A DNA stretch of 64,000 nucleotides from Coprothermobacterota bacterium (GCA_036679065.1 JAZIGN010000004.1:131251-195250), one strand, 5' to 3'. Counted from the stretch's first letter, positions 47,417 to 58,984 are shown. Numbers and translations are program-made. The notes: generated from the sequence alone by a model not told the origin.

Positions 47417-49897
47417 TTAGCTACTAATTTTCTGAACGGTGAAACTTCCCTCTTTGAAATCTACCTTTATGTGGTCACCTGGCGCAACTTCTCCTAGAAC
47501 CATTTTTTCGGCTATTCTGTTCTCAATTTCTTTCTGTATTGCTCTCCGAAGAGGTCTAGCTCCAAGTTCTGGATCAAACCCTACCTTAGCAAGGTTTTCT
47601 ATGGCGGCATCAGTGAATTCCACGTATACCTGTTGCTGCGAAAGACGCTGAGCTACATATGAAAGCTGCAACTTAGCGATCTCCTTTATTTCATCCATAG
47701 TAAGCGGCTTGAAGAACACGATGTCATCTACCCTGTTTAGGAATTCTGGTCTGAAGTAACTCTTGAGCAGATCCATAACTTCTTTTTCAGCTTCCTCAAA
47801 AGGCCTACCCTCTTGAGCAGCATTCATTAGAATGTGACTTCCTAAGTTGCTAGTCATAATGATGATGGTGTTCTTAAAGTCTACGATACGGCCCTTCGCG
47901 TCGGTGAGCCGTCCATCATCTAACACTTGCAGCAACAAATTGTGAATATCGGGATGAGCCTTCTCGATTTCGTCGAATAAGATGACACTGTAAGGACGCC
48001 TGCGAACTGCTTCGGTGAGTTGCCCTCCCTCTTCATATCCCACGTAACCAGGCGGAGAACCTATGAGTCTGCTTACGGTGTGCTTCTCCATGTATTCAGA
48101 CATGTCAAAGCGTACTAGCGCCGACTCATCGCCAAAAAGTACTTCAGCTAAAGCTTTGGCCAGTTCTGTCTTACCAACGCCCGTCGGACCCAAGAATATG
48201 AAACTGCCAATGGGTCTCTTTGGATCCTTCAAGCCCGTCCTAGCGCGCCTAATTGCCTGAGCTACAGCAGAAATGGCTTCATCTTGGCCCACTACTCTAC
48301 GATGAAGAATTTCTTCCAATTTAGCTAGTTTTTCCTTTTCGCTTTCCTCTAGCTGGGTTACAGGAATTCCTGTCCACGCTGACACAACTTCTGCTACTTC
48401 TTGGTCTGTCACTGTAAGGTCATTAGAGGAAGTGTGCCTTACCTGTTTTTCAAACTCTTCTCTTTCCTCTTTGAGCTTGGCTATTTCGTCTCGAAGTTGT
48501 GCAGCTTTTTCAAATTCATTAGCATCTACAGCTGACCTCAGTTGCTTCTGCAATTCATCAATCTTTTGATCCAGTTCTTTAAGTTCCTTGGGAACACTTG
48601 AAGCTCTTAACCGTACTTTTGCGCATGCTTCGTCTAGTAAATCAATAGCTTTGTCAGGTAGATGGCGGTCTGAGATGTAGCGATCAGACAAATAAACTGC
48701 AGCCTTTATCGCGTTGTCGGCGATCTTTACTTTATGGTGCGCTTCAAGCTTGTCTTTTAGAACTTTTAGTATGGCAATGGTATCTTCTAACGATGGCTCT
48801 GGTACATACACGGGTTGGAAGCGCCTTTCAAAAGCTGGGTCCTTTTCAATATATTTCCTATATTCGTCTATGGTTGTTGCACCTATGACATGTAAGTCGC
48901 CACGAGCTAAAGCAGGTTTTAACATATTTGACGCATCTACCGCGCCTTCTGCACCGCCAGCGCCGATTATGGTGTGAATTTCATCTATGAAGAGTATGAT
49001 TTTGTCCTTTTGCTTGATTACCTCATCAAGTATTTTCTGCATTCTTTCCTCGAATTCGCCACGGTACTTAGTACCAGCCACCAGAGAACCGATATCCAAT
49101 TGGATTACTCTTTTACCTTTTAAAGCATCAGGTACATCCCCAGCGGCAATTCTCTGGGCAATGCCTTCTACTATGGCCGTTTTGCCAACACCAGCATCAC
49201 CTATTAGAATGGGATTATTCTTAGTACGACGGGAAAGAATTTCCAGAACCCTTTGTATTTCGGAGTCTCGACCTACTATAGGATCTAGTTTCCCTTGTCT
49301 AGCTAGCTCTGTAAGGTCTCTTCCGAACTTCTCTAGTTCCGTGGTCGCCGTCTGTGTTCCTCTTTGGTAAGGTGAAGCACCTGCAGAAGGACGTGTGCGA
49401 CTTTCCTCCTCGATAATATCCATTAAATTGTTCAGCTTCAGGTTGTTTCTTTCTAAGATGCTTGCGGCATATCCTCCATCTTCTAGAATGGCAAACAAGA
49501 GCTGTTCCGGAGTAGCCTCACCACGGAATGTGTTTCGTGCCATATCTGCTGCTCTTTCTAGGACCGACTTAAGCTGCGGCGAAACTGTTACCTCGCTAAC
49601 TGCCTCACCCTTTGGGGTTAGGCTTTCTTCTAGCTCTTCTTTTATCTTTTCCACATTAACGCCGTGTTCCACAAGTACATTTGCCAAAGGCTCGTATTGG
49701 AGTAAAGCATAGGCCAAATGCTCAGGCGTAAGTTCATCATAACCAGCCGCCCCTGCTAGGTTTGCTGCATTCTGCAAAATGGACAAAGAAGAAGATGATA
49801 GATAATCTGTTATATCTCTTTTTCTCCTTTCAAAAAACTCTGGAAACAAATCTGAAAACTCGTTTCCGAAAAACTGTTGGAATATATCATCAAACAT
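47417..49897 (-). CDS. Second Hsp100/Clp AAA+ ATPase, ClpG-like (short M domain, no IGF loop)
   Basis: Two AAA+ modules, Clp-N domain, Phe/Asp-rich N-terminal extension. SD AAAGGAGGTG before ATG 49897. Confidence 0.9.
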   Translation of the reverse strand: MFDDIFQQFFGNEFSDLFPEFFERRKRDITDYLSSSSLSILQNAANLAGAAGYDELTPEHLAYALLQYEPLANVLVEHGVNVEKIKEELEESLTPKGEAVSEVTVSPQLKSVLERAADMARNTFRGEATPEQLLFAILEDGGYAASILERNNLKLNNLMDIIEEESRTRPSAGASPYQRGTQTATTELEKFGRDLTELARQGKLDPIVGRDSEIQRVLEILSRRTKNNPILIGDAGVGKTAIVEGIAQRIAAGDVPDALKGKRVIQLDIGSLVAGTKYRGEFEERMQKILDEVIKQKDKIILFIDEIHTIIGAGGAEGAVDASNMLKPALARGDLHVIGATTIDEYRKYIEKDPAFERRFQPVYVPEPSLEDTIAILKVLKDKLEAHHKVKIADNAIKAAVYLSDRYISDRHLPDKAIDLLDEACAKVRLRASSVPKELKELDQKIDELQKQLRSAVDANEFEKAAQLRDEIAKLKEEREEFEKQVRHTSSNDLTVTDQEVAEVVSAWTGIPVTQLEESEKEKLAKLEEILHRRVVGQDEAISAVAQAIRRARTGLKDPKRPIGSFIFLGPTGVGKTELAKALAEVLFGDESALVRFDMSEYMEKHTVSRLIGSPPGYVGYEEGGQLTEAVRRRPYSVILFDEIEKAHPDIHNLLLQVLDDGRLTDAKGRIVDFKNTIIIMTSNLGSHILMNAAQEGRPFEEAEKEVMDLLKSYFRPEFLNRVDDIVFFKPLTMDEIKEIAKLQLSYVAQRLSQQQVYVEFTDAAIENLAKVGFDPELGARPLRRAIQKEIENRIAEKMVLGEVAPGDHIKVDFKEGSFTVQKISS

Positions 49898-49983
49898 ATT
49901 TTCGTTTGCACCTCCTTTAAATTGAATAGGTTGACTTTTTTTAGGGCCTACTAATGTATACCCAATATGCGTTCTCACTATGC

Positions 49984-50012
49984 AAAGAGGCGAGCAGATG
50001 CTCGCCTCTTTT
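49984..50012. terminator. Terminator-like hairpin after rubredoxin
   Basis: AAAGAGGCGAGCA-GA-TGCTCGCCTCTTTT. Confidence 0.7.
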
Positions 50013-50037
50013 ACCTCAAATCAAACTTGATCTACAA

Positions 50038-50196
50038 CTACTCTGCAGGTTCGAACATGTCCTTGGATACACCACAAACTGGGCAAACCCAGTCTTCTGG
50101 TAGCTCTTCAAAGGGAGTTCCTGGTGCTACACCGTTGTCTGGATCGCCGACCTCTGGATCATAAATAAAACCGCAAACTTGACAAACGTACTTCAT
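50038..50196 (-). CDS. Rubredoxin (52 aa, not in the ORF track)
   Basis: [62 protein letters not shown] and upstream TATAAT. Confidence 0.96.
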   Translation of the reverse strand: MKYVCQVCGFIYDPEVGDPDNGVAPGTPFEELPEDWVCPVCGVSKDMFEPAE

Positions 50197-50333
50197 ATTC
50201 TTCCACCTCCTATGACGATTATACCGAATTTGTTTTTAACGTTGCACATAGTGAATTTTTAACCTCGTTTTAACAGCAATTTTGCCTAGCCCTGACCTAC
50301 AATGTATTTAGTTTAATATTGGGAGATGTGTAT

Positions 50334-51446
50334 ATGAAACGGTTCAAAGGGACAGCGTTAGTCCTCGTAGCGTTACTGCTGGTAGTTGGCATCCTCGCTG
50401 GGTGTGCTCCTAAGCAGGCAGCAAAGCAAAAGGTTATCGGTATTGTGCTACCCACTAAAGACGAACCACGTTGGATTCAGGATGAAACAAGGTTCAATGA
50501 TGCACTAAAGGACACAGACTACAGTGCTGAAATCATGTTCAGTCAGGGCGATCCTGCACGTGAGAAGCAGAATGTGGAGACCTTAATCGGACAAGGCATA
50601 AAAGTGTTAATTCTTTGTGCTCACGATGCTGTTGCAGCAGCAGCATCTGCCGAAGCAGCGCGAGACGCTGGTGTCAAAGTAATTTCTTACGACAGGCTCA
50701 TTCTTGACACTGACGCTGTTGATTACTATGTAACGTTCGACAGTGTTGAGGTTGGTCGCAAACAGGGACAATATCTCGTAGACCATGCGTCGGGACAGAA
50801 TAACCCATTGTACCTGTATGCTGGTGCTCTATCTGATAACAACTCATTCTTGTTCTTCCAGGGTGCTTGGGAAGTTCTGCAGCCGAAGATAGCTGACGGC
50901 ACATTCGTGATTGCCAACTCCACTAAGGCTGAGGCTCTAAAAGATAAGAATAGCCTCACTAGGGACGAAATAGCTGATATTATTGGTCAAATAACTACTA
51001 ACTGGGACTTCAATACTGCTAAGAACCTTGCTCAGGCGAACTTGTCATCAGCTCCAAAGACCCTTAAAGGTAATGTCTTCATACTTGCCCCTAACGACGG
51101 AACTGCAAGATCTATTGCTGACACGTTTGCCGCAGATCCAGACATCACATCCTATGTGATTACCGGTCAGGATGCTGAGAAGCCATCAGTGCAGTACATT
51201 ATCGATGGAAAGCAATCCATGACAGTATTTAAGGACGTACGCGTTTTGGTAAGAGATGCAATTAACGCTGCCATAACTTATCTTGAAGGCGGAGAGCCCG
51301 AAGCTACTACCACATACAACAATGGCGTTAAAGATGTTCCTTCTAAGCCTTCTGAAGTTCAAGTAGTTGACAAGAGCAATGTTAGAGAAATTCTAATAGA
51401 TTCTGAATACTACAGTGAAAGTGATTTCACTTGGCCCACTGAGTAG
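50334..51446 (+). CDS. ChvE/XylF-type sugar ABC substrate-binding lipoprotein
   Basis: Lipobox LAGC, PTK.EPRW.QD, VISYDRLI, YYVTFD, LAPND, ITGQD, Q.MTVFKD. Confidence 0.9.
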   Translation: MKRFKGTALVLVALLLVVGILAGCAPKQAAKQKVIGIVLPTKDEPRWIQDETRFNDALKDTDYSAEIMFSQGDPAREKQNVETLIGQGIKVLILCAHDAVAAAASAEAARDAGVKVISYDRLILDTDAVDYYVTFDSVEVGRKQGQYLVDHASGQNNPLYLYAGALSDNNSFLFFQGAWEVLQPKIADGTFVIANSTKAEALKDKNSLTRDEIADIIGQITTNWDFNTAKNLAQANLSSAPKTLKGNVFILAPNDGTARSIADTFAADPDITSYVITGQDAEKPSVQYIIDGKQSMTVFKDVRVLVRDAINAAITYLEGGEPEATTTYNNGVKDVPSKPSEVQVVDKSNVREILIDSEYYSESDFTWPTE

Positions 51447-51469
51447 CAAAGAGAAATAGGTGAGATAAG

Positions 51470-52993
51470 ATGGACACCCCACTCATAGAGCTTAGAAACA
51501 TAAGCAAGTCTTTTGGCGAAGTCCAAGTCCTTTTTGACGTCAATATGAAAGTCAAGGAAGGCGAAATTCACTGCCTAGTCGGTGAAAACGGCGCAGGAAA
51601 GAGCACTTTGATGAAGATCCTGAGTGGGGTGTACCCTTATGGACAGTACAGCGGAGAAATACTCATAGAGGGGCACCCCGTCCAGTTTCACTCAATAAGG
51701 GACAGTGAAAAAGCTGGAATCTCCATAATATATCAAGAACTCTCCTTGGTTCCCGAAATGATGGTTTATGAAAACATTTTCTTGAGCAACGAAATCAGAA
51801 AAGGGCTGGTTGTAGATACGGAAAAAGAAATCGACGAAGCAGGAAGGTTGCTAAAAATGGTTAAGGCCGACTACATCAGTCCCACGGCAAAAGTGAAAAA
51901 CCTCAGTGTAAGTATGCAGCAGTTAGTCGAGATAGCCAAGGCCTTAAGTAGTAAACCAAAAGCTCTCATATTGGACGAACCAACTTCTGCTTTGAGTGAA
52001 CTAGAAAGTGAAAACCTACTTAACCTACTCAAAGAACTAAAAGCGAGAGGCATGACCATAATACTTATAAGTCACCGTCTAAAGGAAGTACTGCAAGTAG
52101 CTGATTCCATTACTGTGCTCCGCGATGGGCGCTCTGTGGCGTATTTCGACCGACGTGAGCAGGAAGTGGATGAAGCGACCATAATAAAATACATGGTGGG
52201 ACGCGAGATCGCGAATCTCTACCCACCCAAAATAGCAGAGCCAACCGATGAAGTTGTTTTTGAATTAAAGAACTGGACCGTGATAAATCCGGCCACGGGA
52301 CGTTATCTAGCCAAAGACGTAAACCTAAGAATCCACAGAGGCGAAATTGTTGGGCTTTTTGGGTTAATAGGAGCCGGTCGCACAGAGCTTGGACTGAGCA
52401 TTTTTGGGAACCCTTACGGTTACATTGTGCAAGGCGAAGTGTTCGTTGAAGGTAAGCAGGTGAACCCAAGATCACCTGCTGAAGCTATAAAAAACGGTAT
52501 TTTTTACTTAACTGAAGACCGAAAAGAAAGAGGCCTAATCCTCATAGAAACCATAAGGAAGAACATTGCACTGGCAAATTTGGAAGCTGTTTCTCGAGGT
52601 CTGATAGTGGATGATGAAAAAGAAATTCAAGTAGCTAATAATTTTGTCTCACGTTTGAGTATAAAAGCTCCCAATGTGGAAGCGAAGATCTCCACCCTAA
52701 GTGGAGGAACGCAACAAAAAGTGCTAGTAGCGAAGGGACTATTTACTGAGCCGAAGGTGCTTATTTTGGATGAGCCCACACGAGGTATTGACGTTGGCGC
52801 AAAGTTTGAGATCTACACCCTTATGAGAGAACTAGCAAAGGAAGGAAAGGCGATCTTACTTATTTCCTCTGAACTGCCGGAGATACTCGGAATGAGCGAT
52901 AGGATCTACGTTATGGGTCGTGGTCGTATTACTGGAGAACTCTCAGCTGACCAAGCTGATCAAGAAACTGTGATGAAATATGCCATCGACTAA
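51470..52993 (+). CDS. Sugar ABC ATP-binding protein (GguA/XylG type)
   Basis: GENGAGKSTLMK.LSGVYP.G.Y.G, LDEPT, TEDRK..GL, LSGG.QQK, DEPTRGIDVGAK. Confidence 0.93.
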   Translation: MDTPLIELRNISKSFGEVQVLFDVNMKVKEGEIHCLVGENGAGKSTLMKILSGVYPYGQYSGEILIEGHPVQFHSIRDSEKAGISIIYQELSLVPEMMVYENIFLSNEIRKGLVVDTEKEIDEAGRLLKMVKADYISPTAKVKNLSVSMQQLVEIAKALSSKPKALILDEPTSALSELESENLLNLLKELKARGMTIILISHRLKEVLQVADSITVLRDGRSVAYFDRREQEVDEATIIKYMVGREIANLYPPKIAEPTDEVVFELKNWTVINPATGRYLAKDVNLRIHRGEIVGLFGLIGAGRTELGLSIFGNPYGYIVQGEVFVEGKQVNPRSPAEAIKNGIFYLTEDRKERGLILIETIRKNIALANLEAVSRGLIVDDEKEIQVANNFVSRLSIKAPNVEAKISTLSGGTQQKVLVAKGLFTEPKVLILDEPTRGIDVGAKFEIYTLMRELAKEGKAILLISSELPEILGMSDRIYVMGRGRITGELSADQADQETVMKYAID

Positions 52994-53008
52994 GAGGAGG
53001 TGTCAGAG

Positions 53009-54199
53009 ATGAATTCTTTTGGGCAGCACCTGAAGAAATTCTTGGTGGAAAACGTACGTGACTACGCAATGTTCGTAGCACTGATTGCAATAATGATCGT
53101 TTTCGAAGTGCTTTCTGGTGGGACATTTCTTTCTCCTGATAACATAACAAACTTGATAAACCAGACAGGATATCTTGCAGTTCTATCTATTGGTGTGACC
53201 CTAGTCATAGTTATAAGACACATAGACCTGTCCATTGGTTTCTTGTCAGGATTTCTCGGAGCTGTGGCAGCTAATCTGATGATGTTTTATCACTTTAACG
53301 CTTTTACAGCAATTCTGGTAGTTCTACTTTTAGGTGCATTAGCTGGTTTACTTAATGGATCCATGGTTGCCTACTTGGGTATTCCCTCTTTTATTGCCAC
53401 ATTGGCGGGGTGGATGGCATACCGTGGGGCTTTACTCTTAGCAACTCGTGGTATGGGTACCATAATCATAAAAAATGAAACCTTTAATGCCATAGGAAAC
53501 GGGTTCATACCAGACATACCTGGTCTTGAAAACTTTTTGCCTGGTTACCATAAACTTACGCTTTTTCTTGGTATTGTTGCCATTATTGCCATAATCTTCT
53601 CTTCCATATCCAGCCGCCGTCGCCAAATTCAGAGAGGCATTGAGCCCATACCCTTTGACATGTTCATACTAGAAATGATATTCATTACAGCTGGTTTGTT
53701 TTATATAACACTGAAAATTGCAGCCTACAACGGGATTTCTTGGACACTACTCATAGTTCTTGGTGTAACGATGATCTACTACTTTATAACCGAGAGAACA
53801 GTGCTTGGTCGCCACATTTATGCTGTTGGAGGTAACCCAGAAGCTGCTCAACTCAGTGGTATCAATGTGAAAAAGATCATCCTCATCGTTTTCACGTCCA
53901 TGGGGATGCTGGCGGGCCTTTCTGGTATTCTGTTCGCCTCACGACTAAAATCTGCCACTACCACTGCAGGAACAATGTTCGAGCTGTACGCTATCGCTGG
54001 AGCATACATAGGCGGTGTATCAGCTGCAGGAGGTGTAGGAAAAGTCGTTAACTCACTTATAGGCGCCTTCGTCATGCAAACATTGCAGAATGGCATGTTG
54101 TTGCTGGGAGTAGACGTTTCACTTCAATACATCATCTTAGGTGTAGTTCTTGCCATTGCCGTTATCTTTGACGTAGCTACACGTTCTCGGGTGCACTAA
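53009..54199 (+). CDS. Sugar ABC permease (GguB/XylH type)
   Basis: HIDLS.G, IPSFI.TL.G, GRHIYAVGGN..AA.LSGI, EL.AIA...IGG.S..GG.G. Confidence 0.92.
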   Translation: MNSFGQHLKKFLVENVRDYAMFVALIAIMIVFEVLSGGTFLSPDNITNLINQTGYLAVLSIGVTLVIVIRHIDLSIGFLSGFLGAVAANLMMFYHFNAFTAILVVLLLGALAGLLNGSMVAYLGIPSFIATLAGWMAYRGALLLATRGMGTIIIKNETFNAIGNGFIPDIPGLENFLPGYHKLTLFLGIVAIIAIIFSSISSRRRQIQRGIEPIPFDMFILEMIFITAGLFYITLKIAAYNGISWTLLIVLGVTMIYYFITERTVLGRHIYAVGGNPEAAQLSGINVKKIILIVFTSMGMLAGLSGILFASRLKSATTTAGTMFELYAIAGAYIGGVSAAGGVGKVVNSLIGAFVMQTLQNGMLLLGVDVSLQYIILGVVLAIAVIFDVATRSRVH

Positions 54200-54219
54200 A
54201 TCAGTCCATATTAGAAGCT

Positions 54220-54253
54220 AAAACAAGGCGGCATAGGATTGCCGCCTTGTTTT
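54220..54253. terminator. Bidirectional intrinsic terminator
   Basis: AAAACAAGGCGGCA-TAGGAT-TGCCGCCTTGTTTT. Confidence 0.85.
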
Positions 54254-54400
54254 CACTAAAAACCTTTTCCTTTAGGTTCTTTAAACCACTTAGCAGAATG
54301 AACATTTTCACCATCTTTAAGGACGGAAAACAACAAGAACAAGGATGGCGGAGATTTTAGGTAATACTTGAGTTCCTTTCTTACTGTATCTAGCAAAGAA

Positions 54401-55201
54401 TCACGAACTTCGAGAAAGAATACAGATGCGATCGAATTGTGAAAGGTCCTTAGTAACTTGGTAATAGAAACCTAAGGATGAAGCAAGCTTCTGCAGGTCG
54501 CTTTCAACATAGCTGTCTATTTCGAGTATTACTCTGCCTGCATCAGACAAGTGTGACAAAGAGTAGGTCAAAATATCACGGAAAACCAAAACAGGATCTT
54601 CTGGGAATACCGCTTGAAGAGGTTCAAAAGCTTTCACGCTGTAATCCACCTCTTCAAACAATTCATAAGCAACGTACGGTGGGTTGGAAATGATAAGGTC
54701 AAACATACCGTTTTCGGGCAAAGTACTAACAATAGCAAGTCTGTTTTGAACTTCAAATTTCTCTGCGTTGTATTTCGTACACAGTTGACCTACATGTGAT
54801 ATTTCAACTGCAACGCCTTGGCTCTTAGGATTCTCCAAAAGCAAAGAGATAGCAATTGCACCACTGCCGGTTCCGAAGTCCAGAAAAGAATTGAACGGCT
54901 CCTTTAGTGCAAGCTCCACTAGAAGCTCTGTTTCATTACGTGGGATGAAAACGCCTGGCAATACATAAAAGTCTCTTCCATAAAAAGCTTCGTAGCCTGT
55001 GATGTAGGCAAAGGGAACGTTTTCACCAAGTAAGTAAATAACCCTCCTGAACTCACCTTCGTCAACAATAATGTCTTTGTCAAGAGCAACATCTATTTTG
55101 CTAACACCGAAAACATAACTTATTAAGTTGTAGATGGTAGAATCTGGAACATCAGATGAAGCAGAACGTCTTAGCGTCTTGAATAAATCAAGCGCTTTCA
55201 T
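54401..55201 (-). CDS. prmC: Release factor glutamine methyltransferase
   Basis: P.AYI.G...FYG, VFIPR.ETE.LVE, D.GTGSGAI, SNPPY. Confidence 0.93.
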   Translation of the reverse strand: MKALDLFKTLRRSASSDVPDSTIYNLISYVFGVSKIDVALDKDIIVDEGEFRRVIYLLGENVPFAYITGYEAFYGRDFYVLPGVFIPRNETELLVELALKEPFNSFLDFGTGSGAIAISLLLENPKSQGVAVEISHVGQLCTKYNAEKFEVQNRLAIVSTLPENGMFDLIISNPPYVAYELFEEVDYSVKAFEPLQAVFPEDPVLVFRDILTYSLSHLSDAGRVILEIDSYVESDLQKLASSLGFYYQVTKDLSQFDRICILSRSS

Positions 55202-56270
55202 CCATTTCCAGCAGTCTGGTTTCCCTATCTGCTGTTTCCAATGCGTCGATCATCTCGTCCAAGTCTCCGTCCAAAAACCTGTCCAAATAGTAGATTGTGT
55301 AATTGATCCTGTGGTCTGTTACCCTATTTTGCATGAAGTTGTACGTCCGTATTTTTTCTCCTCGTTCGGCTGATCCGATGAGCGATCTACGGAAACTTGA
55401 CATGCTTTTTTGTCTTTCTTCGAGCTGACGCTCGTAAAGTTTTGCCCTGAGCACTTTGAGTGCTTTCATTTTGTTTTGTAGCTGAGATCTTTCGTCTTGA
55501 CAAGTAACCACTATACCTGTTGGTTTATGCTTTATTCTGACGGCGGTTTCGTTTTTCTGCACGTTTTGGCCACCATGTCCACCTGCTCTGAAAGTGTCTA
55601 TTTCCAAGTCTTCCTCGTTTATTTCAATTTCTACCTCATCTACTTCAGGCAAAACTGCTACCGTCGCAGTTGACGTGTGAATCCTTCCAGAGGATTCTGT
55701 TTCAGGCACCCTTTGAACGCGGTGAACCCCGGATTCGTATTTGAGCCGCGAATATACCCTATCCCCTTCCACTGAGAAGACAACTTCTTTGAATCCACCA
55801 AGATCTGTGGGGTTAGAGTCAACTAGTTCTACCTTCCAACCCTTTCTCTCAGCATACCTAGTGTACATTCTGAAAAGATCTCCTGCAAACAAAGCTGCTT
55901 CCTCACCGCCCACACCAGCTCTAATCTCTACAATGACTGGTTTCTCATCCATAGGGTCAGGTTCCACCAGCAGCAGCTTTAGTTCCTTTTCTTTTTGAGG
56001 AAGAATGTCTTCTAGATTTCGAAGTTCTTCTTCTGCTAGTTCTTTAAGCTCGTCTTCTCCTGGTTCTTCGAGGATAGCTTTTGCTGATTCAATATCCCTA
56101 ATCAGCTTCCTATAGTCTGCGATTTTCTCTATAATCGGATCAAGCTGACTTTTTTCTCTCATGAGTTTCATCAGCTGTTCCGGATCCGATGCAATCTCAG
56201 GATTCTCAAGATCTCTTACCAAAGATTCGTAACGTTCTTCCATAGCACGAATGATATTATCTAGGGCCAA
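55188..56270 (-). CDS. prfA: Peptide chain release factor 1 (TTG 56270 or GTG 56279 start)
   Basis: EIRAG.GG.EA.LF, PxT motif (RVPETE), [17 protein letters not shown]. Confidence 0.96.
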   Translation of the reverse strand: MALDNIIRAMEERYESLVRDLENPEIASDPEQLMKLMREKSQLDPIIEKIADYRKLIRDIESAKAILEEPGEDELKELAEEELRNLEDILPQKEKELKLLLVEPDPMDEKPVIVEIRAGVGGEEAALFAGDLFRMYTRYAERKGWKVELVDSNPTDLGGFKEVVFSVEGDRVYSRLKYESGVHRVQRVPETESSGRIHTSTATVAVLPEVDEVEIEINEEDLEIDTFRAGGHGGQNVQKNETAVRIKHKPTGIVVTCQDERSQLQNKMKALKVLRAKLYERQLEERQKSMSSFRRSLIGSAERGEKIRTYNFMQNRVTDHRINYTIYYLDRFLDGDLDEMIDALETADRETRLLEMDESA

Positions 56271-56275
56271 AACTA

Positions 56276-56872
56276 TCACTCCTTGAAAAGCGTAAGCGTT
56301 TTACCGGGAACTTCATGGTGCAAGTTACATCTTGCTTCATACGTCTCCAGTCCACCAACCAAGATGGTGGGGTCATCATATCGAGCTGGTCTTCCATTTA
56401 TAAGCCTTTGCGTCTTGGTGGCAATGTTTCCACAAACGCTGCATATGGCATGAAGTTTGGTGACTTCGTCTGCTAATGCCAACAAGGTTGGCATAATGCC
56501 AAAAGGCTCTCCCCTAAAATCTAGGTCCAAGCCAGCTACGATAACTCTTTTTTTGTTCTGCAGCAGCTCTCGTATGACAGGTACCAACTCTCCCGTGAAA
56601 AACTGAGCTTCATCGATGCCTACCACTTCAGCATCCTTTGCCATACCTAGAATACTTTTGGGATCTTCAACTGGAATAGCATTGAAGCTAAAACCTGAAT
56701 GAGAAACCACAGCTACCAGATCATATCGCGTGTCTAAAGCTGGCTTTATAGCGATGGTCTCCTTCTTGGCTATAACTGCTCTTCTGAGTCTTCTTACTAA
56801 TTCTTCGGTTTTTCCTGAGAACATACATCCAGTTATTACTTCTAACCATCCATCCTGAGTTATGATTTCCAT
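56276..56872 (-). CDS. tdk: Thymidine kinase
   Basis: [28 protein letters not shown], zinc lasso C..C / C..H. Confidence 0.95.
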   Translation of the reverse strand: MEIITQDGWLEVITGCMFSGKTEELVRRLRRAVIAKKETIAIKPALDTRYDLVAVVSHSGFSFNAIPVEDPKSILGMAKDAEVVGIDEAQFFTGELVPVIRELLQNKKRVIVAGLDLDFRGEPFGIMPTLLALADEVTKLHAICSVCGNIATKTQRLINGRPARYDDPTILVGGLETYEARCNLHHEVPGKTLTLFKE

Positions 56873-57549
56873 TGCTGTTTTACCTCTTCGTAACATTTGA
56901 TGTTACCTTCTGGACAGAATCCCTTCGATATGCATTCTGGACCTGCATCCTCAAATATTGTCGGTGCCACTTTTTTAACCTCATTTAGCATCAATGCTGC
57001 AACTTCTCTTATCTCCCATTGTGCTCTTCGACACATCCTCAAACCAAAAAAGTGCAATAGCTCCCGCGCATTCATGGTAACAACGATAGTTGTTTTTACA
57101 CTCTGAGGTATAACAAACCGAGCATCCTCTTTTGGTATACCCATAGCCAAAAGCTGTTTATAAAGCTCTTTACTTTCATCTATGTGCTTTCGATAAGCTT
57201 CCAGAGCACCTGAGTCCTTCGCAATAGTATTAGGTACCACGTATCCCTCATCTTCTTCGTTCACATAGCGTTGTGAACGCTGAGAATACGAGGCTAGCCG
57301 ATGCCTTACCAATTGGTGGGTACAGACTCTAGAGCAACCATCTATGAGAAAAGTAAAAGAAGCATGTTCCAGCACACTAAGATGTCCTCTCTTCTTCACT
57401 GTTCTAATGCTTTTTTGAATTTGCTCTGACCCTAGGTTCTCGAGAAGTTTCAAGGGCTCTTCAGCGCTATAGCAAATCCTTGCTGCATAGCCAACTATCT
57501 TCTCGGGATCGTTCGTCCATGAAAGCAGTTTTACTTTGATATCACTCAC
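56860..57549 (-). CDS. thyX: Flavin-dependent thymidylate synthase
   Basis: H.S.LEH, RHRLASYSQRSQRY, EDAR, NAREL, R....AQWEIR. Confidence 0.95.
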   Translation of the reverse strand: MSDIKVKLLSWTNDPEKIVGYAARICYSAEEPLKLLENLGSEQIQKSIRTVKKRGHLSVLEHASFTFLIDGCSRVCTHQLVRHRLASYSQRSQRYVNEEDEGYVVPNTIAKDSGALEAYRKHIDESKELYKQLLAMGIPKEDARFVIPQSVKTTIVVTMNARELLHFFGLRMCRRAQWEIREVAALMLNEVKKVAPTIFEDAGPECISKGFCPEGNIKCYEEVKQQWKS

Positions 57550-57568
57550 AGTGGATTTCAACCTCTTT

Positions 57569-58954
57569 TTAGAGAATCTGGAGCCTGTTAATCTGTTCCA
57601 AGAATTCAGAATTGTCCTTTGTTCTAGCCAAAAACTTTATAACTTCCTCGACGGCATTTTCAAGCTCTTGACCAGCTATGGCTCTTCTGAGTTTCCAAAT
57701 GGCTTCAAGCTCTTCAGGTGTATAAAGTTTTTCTTCGTGTCTAGTTCCTGACCTCTTAATGTCAATTGCAGGGAATAACCTACGTTCAGCAAGTTTTCTG
57801 TCCAATATGAGTTCCATATTACCAGTACCTTTGAATTCTTCAAAGATTACTTCGTCCATCCGCGATCCCGTTTCTACTAGAGCCGTCGCTAATATGGTTA
57901 AACTACCACCACTCTCCACTTTTCTAGCTGCTCCAAAGAAATGTTTCGGACCCCTAATGGATGCTGGGTCAAGCCCTCCTGACAAAGTTCTTCCCGAAGG
58001 CGGGATAACAAGGTTATATGCCCTAGTCAGACGAGTTATACCGTCAAGCAGAATAACTACGTCTCTACCAAGTTCTACCAAACGCTTTGCCCTCTCCAGG
58101 ACAATGTGAGCTACCTGTATATGGTTTTCCGGTGGCAAATCGAAAGTCGAGGCCACAACTTCTGCTCCCGGTACAGACCTAATCATATCTGTTACTTCTT
58201 CGGGCCTTTCGTCTACCAAAAGAATGATCACATGGACTTCGGGATGATTAGTAGTAACTGCTTGAGCTATTTTTTTCAGGATTGTGGTTTTTCCAGCCTT
58301 TGGCGGTGCAACGATGAGTCCTCTTTGCCCTTTACCAATGGGGGCAAACAGGTCAATCATTCTGTTAGTTATTTCTTGAGGCCCCAAATACAAGTTAAAG
58401 CGTTCATGAGGGAAGACAGGAACAAGTTCATCGAACTTGACACGATCCGCTATCTTCTCAACAGGGATTCCGTTCACTTTTTCAATGCGAAGTAAAGCCG
58501 GGTATTTTTCCTTTTCGCGTGGTGGACGGATGATACCTTCTACGTAATCACCCTCACGGAGCTTAAATTTTCTCGCCTGTGATATGGACAGGTAAATGTC
58601 CACACCCGTGGGTCCAAATTTGCTCTTAAGCAACGCGTAACCCTGCTGTTCATCGGGGAAATACAGTATGCCAGAACCTCTATGCTCAGTAGTGGCAGTA
58701 GGTGCACTTTCCTCTTCTCTCGCCCGAACAGTGCTCTTATCTTTAACCTCTGTAGGTTGAGCAGAACTTTGAGGTTTAGTCTCCCCTGGCTTTTGCTCAC
58801 CTTGCAGTTCTGCTTCAGCCAACTTTAATATGGCATCAATGAGTTCTTGCTTTGTCATAGTCTTTACGTTTTTAACGCCAAGCTGATTCGCTATTTGACG
58901 CAACTCGAAGATCTTCTTGTTTTGAATCTCCTTCTGTATCGTAACTAAATCCAC
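57569..58954 (-). CDS. rho: Transcription termination factor Rho
   Basis: DIY.S.SQ, PIGKGQRGLIVAPPKAGKT, DERPEEVTD, EEFKGTGNMEL. Confidence 0.97.
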   Translation of the reverse strand: MDLVTIQKEIQNKKIFELRQIANQLGVKNVKTMTKQELIDAILKLAEAELQGEQKPGETKPQSSAQPTEVKDKSTVRAREEESAPTATTEHRGSGILYFPDEQQGYALLKSKFGPTGVDIYLSISQARKFKLREGDYVEGIIRPPREKEKYPALLRIEKVNGIPVEKIADRVKFDELVPVFPHERFNLYLGPQEITNRMIDLFAPIGKGQRGLIVAPPKAGKTTILKKIAQAVTTNHPEVHVIILLVDERPEEVTDMIRSVPGAEVVASTFDLPPENHIQVAHIVLERAKRLVELGRDVVILLDGITRLTRAYNLVIPPSGRTLSGGLDPASIRGPKHFFGAARKVESGGSLTILATALVETGSRMDEVIFEEFKGTGNMELILDRKLAERRLFPAIDIKRSGTRHEEKLYTPEELEAIWKLRRAIAGQELENAVEEVIKFLARTKDNSEFLEQINRLQIL

Positions 58955-58984
58955 TTATTTCCCTCCTACATACACTTTCGTTGA

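Noticed and set aside
49915..49945. CtsR- or CIRCE-like operator upstream of the second Clp gene
   Set aside because: Only one partial AGTCAA half-site on the minus strand; no complete repeat or inverted repeat.
49898..49978. N-terminal extensions in the ORF track (Clp to 49978, ABC ATPase to 14667, pyk from 20605, membrane protein from 39729)
   Set aside because: SD or promoter positions support downstream starts at 49897, 14568, 20635 and 39807.
49967..50164. 65-aa plus-strand ORF
   Set aside because: Antisense shadow of rubredoxin (50038..50196).
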